IMG/VR virus record: IMGVR_UViG_3300027770_000054
Origin: an uncultured virus (IMG/VR IMGVR_UViG_3300027770_000054)
Lineage: Duplodnaviria > Heunggongvirae > Uroviricota > Caudoviricetes
Strand: one strand, 5' to 3'
Length of the DNA: 20,000 bases
Within the stretch, counting starts at the first letter, position 1, and each line of letters starts with the position of its first letter. Position numbers and translations under genes: made by a program. Under the pieces are notes generated by a model. The model ran no database searches. It was not told the DNA's origin and saw only the letters and a list, made by a program, of their open reading frames with translations. Of the stretch, positions 7,750-14,970 are shown in pieces.

Positions 7750-9852
7750 ATGGCAAAAGTTTTATTAAAGAATTCCTTTACATCAGCATCTGTTCCTGCT
7801 GGTCTTTCTGCGGGTGAACTAGCGGTAAATGTAACCGATAGAAAATTATTTGTTGGAAATGCCGTTGGTGGCGTTGTTACTCTTATTGACCCAAATGCAC
7901 TTGTAACTTCAGTCAATGGAGCAACTGGTGCAGTAACAAACATCAATGCAGCAACTGTCACTACCACATCGTCCAATAGTTCTTCTACATTTTATCCCCT
8001 ATTTGCTGGAGGAGCAGGAAACACTGCACTCTATGTGGACGATGTCACTACACCATTTACATATGTTCCAAGTAGTGGTACATTAAATATAAGAAATTTA
8101 AATGCCCTTAATGGAAACACGGGTACTTTCCTTACTACATCTAACTTAGGAGTAGTGAATTCTCTTGATAGTACTGAGTTATCTATAAGTGCTTTAAATC
8201 ATGTACCATCCTCATCAAATTCTTTTACTGTCAGTTCAACAAATTCATTAAAATTATCAGGATCAACTGTGCAATTTTATGGATCTGGTTGGGGATATAC
8301 ATTCCCAACATCAAATGGAAGTGCTAATCAAGTACTGACAACCAATGGAGCAACCCCAGCAACATTGACTTGGTCAACACCATCGAGTGGTATTACAACG
8401 GGGACTGCAAATACATTCACCGCACTCCAAACATTCTCTGCGGGTATTACCTCAACTACACTATATGCCTCTGCTGGTGTGACATTTAATAGCACATCAG
8501 CACACACAGGTCTTGGTACATTCTCTGCTGGTATTACCTCAACTACACTATATGCCTCTGCTGGTGTGACATTTAATAGCACATCAGCACACACAGGTCT
8601 TGGTACATTCTCTGCTGGTATTACCTCAACTACACTATATGCCTCTGCTGGTGTGACATTTAATAGCACATCAGCACACACAGGTCTTGGTACATTCTCT
8701 GCTGGAATAATCGCAACAGATACAACTGATGGAATTGGTGTTATTTCCACAAAAGGTGCGCTTGATACATCACCTGCAAGAAACGGCGCAATTCGTTTAG
8801 GATATGTCAATAGTACTCCGTCGTATAATATATTGCTTAACAATGCATCTGGACTTTTTACAATTTATAATGGATTTAGTTCAACTGGATCCAACCTTCT
8901 CAATATTAATTCAACAGTCATGAATGTAAATGTTCCAGTTTCTGGAATGACATTCACGGGCAACATCTCAGCACCAAACATTGTTACTGGTATATCTGGA
9001 GCGACTGGACCTATTGGTTTAGTTGCTGGTACAAATATTACTATTGCTCAATCGGGAAAAACATTTACTTTTTCTTCTAGTTCTAGTGGTGGAACACAGG
9101 TAGGAGTCACATCATCTGGTCAATTATTTGATGTTAAGAGTTGGGCTTTTTCGTATTGTGATTTCCATGGCGGACCAGGACCATTTGGTACTGTTCTTGG
9201 TGCTAGTGGTGGAGATGTTGTTTATTATGTAGATTCACCAGGTTCTCACATTTTCACTAATTATCAAAAATATACTGGTGTGGCATCTTTAAGAACTGGA
9301 GCGAGTGGAAGTTATGTTGCATTGGGTTGTGTAACACCAAGTGCTTCATATAGCACAGCTGTTGGACCATTTAGTATGGGTCTTACATTTGAATTTAGAA
9401 CAAGAATTAGTACTGATTATGGTAACGATTCTACGGCTACAAATAATTTTACTATTTATGCTGGTGTGGATGAACAGTCTGCTTTGTATCCAACTTTTAA
9501 TACAAGTAATGGAGCAGCTTGTTGGTTTGAATATAATCACGCTTCGAATAGTGGAAATTGGACTGCCAACCTTTGTGAATATTTTGGAAGAACTGCTTCT
9601 GTTGGTACTACATTTGCCTATACTAATGCTGATAATAAATTTGATATAATAAGAGGTATGAGTGGTGGAACAGGACACTTCTTCATGTATATCAATGGTG
9701 TTACTGTTGCTGGATTTAGTTTCGACCAAGGACTCCTTGGACAAGGTCAAGGAAATGCCAGAATTGTTGTAAGACGAACTGCATCTGCTGCCAGTGTAAC
9801 TAGAAGAACATTCGTAGATTATCTTTCTATACTTCAGCAAAGGGGTACATAA
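7750..9852 (+). CDS. Tail fibre / receptor-binding protein (700 aa)
   Basis: N-terminal LKNS...VPAGLSAGELAVNVTDRKLFVG anchor-type motif, VTSVNGATGAV motif, three 29-aa tandem repeats, and a C-terminal beta-rich domain (FFMYINGVTVA...FVDY) suggestive of a lectin-like fold. Confidence 0.85.
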   Translation: MAKVLLKNSFTSASVPAGLSAGELAVNVTDRKLFVGNAVGGVVTLIDPNALVTSVNGATGAVTNINAATVTTTSSNSSSTFYPLFAGGAGNTALYVDDVTTPFTYVPSSGTLNIRNLNALNGNTGTFLTTSNLGVVNSLDSTELSISALNHVPSSSNSFTVSSTNSLKLSGSTVQFYGSGWGYTFPTSNGSANQVLTTNGATPATLTWSTPSSGITTGTANTFTALQTFSAGITSTTLYASAGVTFNSTSAHTGLGTFSAGITSTTLYASAGVTFNSTSAHTGLGTFSAGITSTTLYASAGVTFNSTSAHTGLGTFSAGIIATDTTDGIGVISTKGALDTSPARNGAIRLGYVNSTPSYNILLNNASGLFTIYNGFSSTGSNLLNINSTVMNVNVPVSGMTFTGNISAPNIVTGISGATGPIGLVAGTNITIAQSGKTFTFSSSSSGGTQVGVTSSGQLFDVKSWAFSYCDFHGGPGPFGTVLGASGGDVVYYVDSPGSHIFTNYQKYTGVASLRTGASGSYVALGCVTPSASYSTAVGPFSMGLTFEFRTRISTDYGNDSTATNNFTIYAGVDEQSALYPTFNTSNGAACWFEYNHASNSGNWTANLCEYFGRTASVGTTFAYTNADNKFDIIRGMSGGTGHFFMYINGVTVAGFSFDQGLLGQGQGNARIVVRRTASAASVTRRTFVDYLSILQQRGT
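8431..8705 (+). repeat. 87-bp tandem repeat, three copies plus a partial fourth
   Basis: Units start at 8431, 8518, 8605 and 8692 (partial) and encode TFSAGITSTTLYASAGVTFNSTSAHTGLG. The only difference I found among full copies is GCG vs GCT in copy 1. Confidence 0.97.
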
Positions 9853-9857
9853 ACTTT

Positions 9858-10271
9858 ATGAGATACGCAATACTCCGAGATGACACTAGAGATTATGTGA
9901 TTAATATAAGAGATACTGATATAGTATATGATTCAGATCAGTTAATATTATTAAATGATGGTGAAGTATGTGGTAAATTTTATAGATATTTCCCAAATGA
10001 AACACCAAGATTTTTACCACCATTACCATACCATGTGTATACAACATTTCAATTTTTATTAAAATTTACTGCGGAAGAACGAGCAGCAATGCGATTGCTC
10101 GCACAAACGGATACTAGTTTGGCAGATTTTTTACAATTATGTCAATCCGCACAACAAATAGAAAATATCCATCCCATGACATTACAGGGAATGAATTATT
10201 TGGTTTATCTTAATATCATTAGTGAGCAAAGAAAAAATGAAATATTAGATTTGAATGATAATAATGATTAA
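9858..10271 (+). CDS. Putative tail fibre assembly chaperone (137 aa)
   Basis: Directly follows the 700-aa fibre. The QFLLKFTAEERAA...HPMTLQGMNYLV...ISEQRKNEIL pattern resembles small proteins downstream of phage fibre genes. Confidence 0.6.
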   Translation: MRYAILRDDTRDYVINIRDTDIVYDSDQLILLNDGEVCGKFYRYFPNETPRFLPPLPYHVYTTFQFLLKFTAEERAAMRLLAQTDTSLADFLQLCQSAQQIENIHPMTLQGMNYLVYLNIISEQRKNEILDLNDNND

Positions 10272-10299
10272 TATCACTAATATTATCAATAGTTGACTC

Positions 10300-10327
10300 T
10301 TGACTTGAATTGTATTTATGGTATAAT
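10300..10327 (+). promoter_or_regulatory. Sigma70-type early promoter with extended -10, probably leaderless
   Basis: TTGACT (10300-10305), 16-nt spacer ending TGG, TATAAT (10322-10327), then 6 nt to the ATG at 10334. No Shine-Dalgarno sequence. Confidence 0.8.
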
Positions 10328-10333
10328 TGAGTT

Positions 10334-10852
10334 ATGGAATTAAAACTGTTTAAACTTCACAATAATGTCCATGAACCAAAATATGGTTCAGAGAATGCGG
10401 CATGTTTTGATCTCAGCGCATTTTTACATTATCAGGGATCAGTAAAAGCATACACCAAAGAAAATGATCTTATGGAAATGCTTGTAACTCAGGATCCTGC
10501 TGGTAAGAATTATATTGATATTCCTGGTGAATGGAGAGTATTGATTCCTACTGGATTGATCATGGATATTCCATGTAATCATTCTGTAAGAATTTATCCA
10601 AGATCTGGGATTTCTACCAAACAAGGGTTGAATCTTATTAATTGTGTTGGTATAATTGATTCTGATTATGTACATGAAGTTTTTATTCCTGTGTATAATA
10701 CAGCACAGAAAAAGATCAGAATCTATGATAATGATAGAATTGCTCAGGGAGAAATGGTCTTTAATTACAAGACCTTAATTAATTTTACAAATGAAAGACC
10801 ACTTGCGAGAGGTAATCGTGATGGTGGGTTTGGATCTACAGGAATACAATGA
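10334..10852 (+). CDS. dut: Trimeric dUTPase
   Basis: All five motifs are present: AACFDLSA, PRSG, GIIDSDY, DRIAQG, RDGGFGSTG. Confidence 0.95.
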   Translation: MELKLFKLHNNVHEPKYGSENAACFDLSAFLHYQGSVKAYTKENDLMEMLVTQDPAGKNYIDIPGEWRVLIPTGLIMDIPCNHSVRIYPRSGISTKQGLNLINCVGIIDSDYVHEVFIPVYNTAQKKIRIYDNDRIAQGEMVFNYKTLINFTNERPLARGNRDGGFGSTGIQ

Positions 10853-12186
10853 ATACAGCAAAACTTGATGATGTTGTGAACTTTCTGAAGAAGTTCGCTG
10901 GTGATGATGGTATACCAATTATTGGTGGAACTGATTGGGAAGAGATGAATACTCTCTTCAAGAAAGAAGAAATCAAAGAAGGAATGGCAGAATATATTTC
11001 AAAGTATTCTGTATTATTTCCTTTTAGACAAATTCCAATTGAAGACTCCGAAAAGAAATTTCGTGAACTTCGTGCTGCTCCGCATATGGAATTTATTATG
11101 CGTGAATCGGGAGAAGTCGTTGAAAAATATGAGGATTACAAATATCCATATTCAACTCATGGTAAATTTGTAATTTCATTTGGTCATTATTTCAATGACA
11201 TTAGCAATTACTATCATCAACGCAATCGCTATGATTGCGGATCGCATGGATTTGTTTCTCCAAATGAATACTGGTATTCTCCCGACCTACTCAAGAAAAT
11301 GAATTGGACATTCTGGAGAATGGAAGATCGTGGAATCAATCATGGAAAGATTCGTGGATCCTTTCGTCTTGGAGCATATGTTGCTACTCAGTTTAAACCA
11401 CAAGTAGCAAAGACAATCTTTGATTTTGTTAAGTTCAAGGTAAAGGCTCATCAATTCCGTGTTCTTGATTTTAGTATGGGGTGGGGAGATCGCCTTGCAG
11501 GATTTTATACATCAAAGGCGACTCAGTATCTGGGAACAGATCCAAATCCAAGTGTATTTCGTGTATATAAGGATCAGTGTATTGCATATGAAAAACTAAT
11601 CAGTGGTAAGGATCCAATTATCACTGATTTTCAAAAAGAAGTGAATGGGCATTTCTATGATGCTTTCCGTTGCGTTGGTTCTTCTGGTAAAGAAGTGATT
11701 GTGTACAATGCTCCTGCTGAAGATATCCTTGATGTTGTTCGCGCTAATAAATATGATTGTATCTTTACATCTCCTCCATATTTTGCAACTGAACTATATG
11801 ATGAGGGTGGAGATGATTGGAAACAGTCTTGGTTTCGTTACAGCGAATATGACAATTGGTGGAATAAGTTCTACGCACCAGTAATGAAAGCGTGTTATGA
11901 ATCCCTTACCGACAATGGAGCGATGATGATTAATATCATGGATCCACATGTATATGGTAAACGATATAATACATGTGATCAGATGGTAGATTATATCAAG
12001 AGTCTTGGTGGAACATTTGATGGTCAGATTGGAATGAGAATCAAGCAGCGTCCAAAAAATGTTGATGCTGCTGATCTTAAAGAACATTTAACCACAACCT
12101 TTATTGAGAATATTTGGTGTTTTTCCAAGAATGGATTTGACTTATCCCCAGGATTTGCTACACTAGAAGGACTATTTGGAGACTAA
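10849..12186 (+). CDS. SAM-dependent DNA amino-methyltransferase (N4-C or N6-A type), 445 aa
   Basis: SAM-binding motif VLDFSMGWGDRL, then YLGTDPN and catalytic motif IFTSPPYF. ATGA-coupled to dut. No partner endonuclease nearby. Confidence 0.8.
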   Translation: MNTAKLDDVVNFLKKFAGDDGIPIIGGTDWEEMNTLFKKEEIKEGMAEYISKYSVLFPFRQIPIEDSEKKFRELRAAPHMEFIMRESGEVVEKYEDYKYPYSTHGKFVISFGHYFNDISNYYHQRNRYDCGSHGFVSPNEYWYSPDLLKKMNWTFWRMEDRGINHGKIRGSFRLGAYVATQFKPQVAKTIFDFVKFKVKAHQFRVLDFSMGWGDRLAGFYTSKATQYLGTDPNPSVFRVYKDQCIAYEKLISGKDPIITDFQKEVNGHFYDAFRCVGSSGKEVIVYNAPAEDILDVVRANKYDCIFTSPPYFATELYDEGGDDWKQSWFRYSEYDNWWNKFYAPVMKACYESLTDNGAMMINIMDPHVYGKRYNTCDQMVDYIKSLGGTFDGQIGMRIKQRPKNVDAADLKEHLTTTFIENIWCFSKNGFDLSPGFATLEGLFGD

Positions 12187-12187
12187 T

Positions 12188-12496
12188 ATGACTCGTGATG
12201 AACTTTTTAAAATGCATGAAGATATGTGTTGCTCTGCACTTGACCTTATGAGAAAAAAGAATGCAGACTACGCTGGCAGTGGTAGTGATCCCTTTGCGAA
12301 CTTTCGTCGTGCAGAAGCATTGGGGGTTTGCTCCACTGAGCAAGCATTCCTTGTTCGCATGACCGATAAGATGTCACGATTGACATCATTCGCCAGCAGA
12401 GGGAAATTGAGTGTTGAAGATGAAACCGTGTATGATACTCTAGAAGATTTGATCAATTACTCTGTGCTGCTTGCAGCATACCTAAAATCCAAATGA
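12188..12496 (+). CDS. DUF1599 / nucleotide-modification-associated domain 1 (Nmad1)-like protein
   Basis: KKNADYA...DPFANF...VRMTDKMSRL...ETVYDTLEDLINYSVL signature. The ATG at 12188 just after the MTase stop is preferred to the TTG at 12176. Confidence 0.75.
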   Translation: MTRDELFKMHEDMCCSALDLMRKKNADYAGSGSDPFANFRRAEALGVCSTEQAFLVRMTDKMSRLTSFASRGKLSVEDETVYDTLEDLINYSVLLAAYLKSK

Positions 12497-13974
12497 ATTT
12501 CTATACAAATGTATTTTATGATTTCAAGTCCATTCTTTATGCAGAAAAAGAGAATGGCATAACTGTCTATAGGAGTGAGGAATATGTTCCAAGCGTTTAT
12601 CTGCCGTCTAAAAAGAAAACTGATTCTCTTTCGATTCATGGTCAGTATGTTCATGAAATGACATTTGATTCTTATCAGTCATACAAGGAATTCTCTGAGA
12701 AGTATGCTGATGTCCCCAATTTTGAGATTCATGGTGATATTCAAACCGAATATCAGTTCATCAATCGCAAATATGGAACTGATATTTCCTATGATTTTTC
12801 ACAGATAGACATCATGTATATTGACATTGAAACCACCTCTGAGAAGGGGTGGCCTTCAATTGAAGATCCTGAAGAAGAGATCATTGCGATTACTGTATTT
12901 TCCAGTAAGCATGGAAATGCAACTTTCTGTCTTGGTATATTCAATCCTGGCGATATGGATATCAAGGTATTTGAATATCAAGATGAACAGAAACTACTCA
13001 GAGAATTCCTTGAATACTTTGCCAAGAATTATCCCGATGTTGTGAGTGGTTGGAACATTCGTTTCTTTGACTTTCCATATCTCATCAAGAGAATCAAAAA
13101 GGTTCTTGGACATAAAGCAGCAAAGATGCTTTCTCCTTGGGGTATTCTAAAGGAAAAGTATATCACTCGCAATGGTAAGGAAGATCTGATGTATGATATC
13201 ATCGGAGTCTCCATGCTCGACTACTTTGAAGTCTACAAGACATTCACATATGTCAATCAGGAATCTTATCGTCTTGATCATATTGCGTATGTTGAATTAG
13301 GTCAGCGTAAATTGGCATATGATGAATACGAGAGTATGAATGAGTTCTACAAGAAGGATTTCCAGAAGTTTATTCAGTATAATATCCGAGATGTTGAACT
13401 CGTTCAGAAATTGGAAGAGAAGTTAAAGCTTATAGAACTCTCTGTGGCACTTGCATATTCAGCAGGAGTTAATTTTCAGGATGTATTCTCTCAGGTTCGT
13501 ACATGGGATGTAATCATCTATAATTACTTGAGCAAGAAGAACATCGTCATTCCTCCCAAGAAGAGGGGACGAAAGGATGAGCAATATGCTGGTGCTTATG
13601 TCAAGGAACCTCTTGTCGGTATGCATGAATGGGTAGTATCCTTTGACTTGAATTCACTTTATCCGCATCTCATCATGCATTATAATATTTCCACAGAGAC
13701 AATCACACCCGATGAAGTGCGTGGTCTTATTTCACCAGATGCTATTCTCAAAGGTGATGTTGTTGCCACTAAATTAATACAACAATTCAAGGAAAAGAAT
13801 CTATCCGTTGCTGCCAATGGGACAACCTATCGCAAGGATATTCGTGGATTCTTACCAGAACTTATGGATACGATGTATCAAGAGCGTAAAACATTCAAAA
13901 ATAAAATGATTGAATCGCAAAAACATTTAGAGGAAATCACTAAGGAACTCATGCGTAGGGCATTGACAAAGTAA
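12493..13974 (+). CDS. gp43A: B-family DNA polymerase, N-terminal part (exonuclease, palm motif A, first fingers helix)
   Basis: ExoI YIDIET, ExoII SGWNIRFFDFPY, ExoIII YNIRDV, motif A SFDLNSLYPHLI. Ends after MYQERKTFKNKMIESQK without motifs B or C. Confidence 0.95.
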   Translation: MNFYTNVFYDFKSILYAEKENGITVYRSEEYVPSVYLPSKKKTDSLSIHGQYVHEMTFDSYQSYKEFSEKYADVPNFEIHGDIQTEYQFINRKYGTDISYDFSQIDIMYIDIETTSEKGWPSIEDPEEEIIAITVFSSKHGNATFCLGIFNPGDMDIKVFEYQDEQKLLREFLEYFAKNYPDVVSGWNIRFFDFPYLIKRIKKVLGHKAAKMLSPWGILKEKYITRNGKEDLMYDIIGVSMLDYFEVYKTFTYVNQESYRLDHIAYVELGQRKLAYDEYESMNEFYKKDFQKFIQYNIRDVELVQKLEEKLKLIELSVALAYSAGVNFQDVFSQVRTWDVIIYNYLSKKNIVIPPKKRGRKDEQYAGAYVKEPLVGMHEWVVSFDLNSLYPHLIMHYNISTETITPDEVRGLISPDAILKGDVVATKLIQQFKEKNLSVAANGTTYRKDIRGFLPELMDTMYQERKTFKNKMIESQKHLEEITKELMRRALTK

Positions 13975-13990
13975 AGTTTTCTGGTATAAT
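13963..13990 (+). promoter_or_regulatory. Consensus sigma70-type promoter with extended -10, probably leaderless
   Basis: TTGACA (13963-13968), 16-nt spacer ending TGG, TATAAT (13985-13990), then 6 nt to the ATG at 13997. The -35 box lies in the last codons of gp43A. Confidence 0.85.
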
Positions 13991-13996
13991 AGACGG

Positions 13997-14536
13997 ATGG
14001 AAACGAGGAACATTATTGACTACTTTCATTACTGGACGCACGAAGCGATTATTGCAGATCTTGATGCAAAACGGAATAATTTTACCGTTCTTTGCAGCAA
14101 TCTTTACAATGATTTCAACATCGCTACAGTCATTCGTAACTCAAATGCGTTCCTCGCGAAGCAGGTGATCCTATACGGATCCAAGCAGTATGATCGCCGT
14201 GGCACTGTTGGAACACATCATTATACTAATTTCATTCATGCCAAGACTTTTACCGAACTAGATGAAAGAATGAAGATTCTTCGTCAGACCTATGGTACGG
14301 TAAAGATCATCGGCATAGATAATGTTCCAGGTGCTACGGCGATTGATACTTTTGAATGGAACACAAATACACATTATGTTCTAGCGTTCGGTCAAGAACA
14401 AGTCGGTCTACCAACAGAAATCCTCGACATCTGTGATCACATCTTGTATATTAAACAATATGGAACTGTCAGGAGTCTGAATGTAGGAACCGCGAGTGGT
14501 ATCGCAATGTACGCACTCGCAAGTAATGTGTTTTAA
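13997..14536 (+). CDS. SpoU/TrmH-family (SPOUT) RNA 2'-O-methyltransferase (179 aa)
   Basis: Motif 1 NLYNDFNIATVIRNSNAF, motif 2 VLAFGQEQVGL, motif 3 ILYIKQYGTVRSLNVGTASGIAMY. Single catalytic domain with a short N-terminal extension. Confidence 0.9.
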   Translation: METRNIIDYFHYWTHEAIIADLDAKRNNFTVLCSNLYNDFNIATVIRNSNAFLAKQVILYGSKQYDRRGTVGTHHYTNFIHAKTFTELDERMKILRQTYGTVKIIGIDNVPGATAIDTFEWNTNTHYVLAFGQEQVGLPTEILDICDHILYIKQYGTVRSLNVGTASGIAMYALASNVF

Positions 14537-14607
14537 TACCCCGTGGTGAAATGGTATCACAGAAGCCTTTGGAGCTTCTTTTCTTGGTTCGAATCCAAGC
14601 GGGGTAG
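14537..14607 (+). tRNA. trnQ: tRNA-Gln(UUG), CCA not encoded
   Basis: Acceptor TACCCCG/CGGGGTA (U1-A72) with discriminator G, D arm GTGA-AATGGTA-TCAC, anticodon arm GAAGC-CTTTGGA-GCTTC, T arm CTTGG-TTCGAAT-CCAAG. Confidence 0.95.
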
Positions 14608-14612
14608 TTTTT

Positions 14613-14685
14613 GGGGATGTAGTCCAATGGCAGAGACAAATCACTTAAAATGATTCCAGTGTGGGTTCGAGTCCCACCATCCTTA
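14613..14685 (+). tRNA. trnL: tRNA-Leu(UAA) with a short variable loop, CCA not encoded
   Basis: Acceptor GGGGATG/CATCCTT with discriminator A, D arm GTC-CAATGGCAGA-GAC, anticodon arm AATCA-CTTAAAA-TGATT, variable CCAGT, T arm GTGGG-TTCGAGT-CCCAC. Confidence 0.92.
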
Positions 14686-14717
14686 TTAAATCGGAGACGA
14701 CGATAATGTATGGAATT

Positions 14718-14948
14718 ATGACCAAACTGAACAACTTCGTTGACGACAACCTGAAAGACTCCTTGGGAGTACCTCGTAAGGGCGTTCTGGCATTTAAGAA
14801 GAAGACTAGTGCGGTCACCGAATGTGATGCCCTGAATGACCTCCTGACGACTAAGAAAACTAAACCATATGTGGTTGCCAAGTTTCCAGAAGATGAAACC
14901 TCATCATATGGATTTATTGTGGATGGTGTGTGGAAGCAAAAATTATAA
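14718..14948 (+). CDS. Small hypothetical protein (~76 aa; alternative start 14706)
   Basis: Fills the gap between tRNA-Leu and the next gene with biased, gene-like codons. The tracked GTG start at 14661 lies inside the tRNA and is not used. Confidence 0.6.
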   Translation: MTKLNNFVDDNLKDSLGVPRKGVLAFKKKTSAVTECDALNDLLTTKKTKPYVVAKFPEDETSSYGFIVDGVWKQKL

Positions 14949-14951
14949 ATA
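14944..14951 (+). promoter_or_regulatory. T4-type late promoter TATAAATA
   Basis: Exact T4 gp55 consensus, followed by an AGAGGA RBS and the ATG at 14971. Confidence 0.7.
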
Positions 14952-14970
14952 CTTCATAAGAGGAACAATT

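Noticed and set aside
8431..8705. CRISPR array
   Set aside because: The repeats are head-to-tail and in-frame with no unique spacers, and no cas genes are present.
5007..8982. Diversity-generating retroelement template/variable repeat pair
   Set aside because: Differences between the copies are not adenine-specific and are often synonymous, both copies are internal coding sequence, and there is no reverse transcriptase in the window.
2608..9840. Minus-strand and off-frame ORFs over the fibre genes (e.g. Pro-rich 3649..4185, 4243..4500, 8328..8843)
   Set aside because: Antisense readings of Gly/Thr/Ala-rich codons, fully overlapping better-supported + strand genes.
10849..12186. Restriction-modification system
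   Set aside because: No adjacent endonuclease or specificity subunit; the neighbours are dUTPase and an Nmad1-like protein.
14661..14970. Tracked starts at 14661 and 14869
   Set aside because: 14661 lies inside tRNA-Leu, and 14869 overlaps the upstream ORF and precedes the late promoter and RBS. Starts at 14718 (or 14706) and 14971 fit better.
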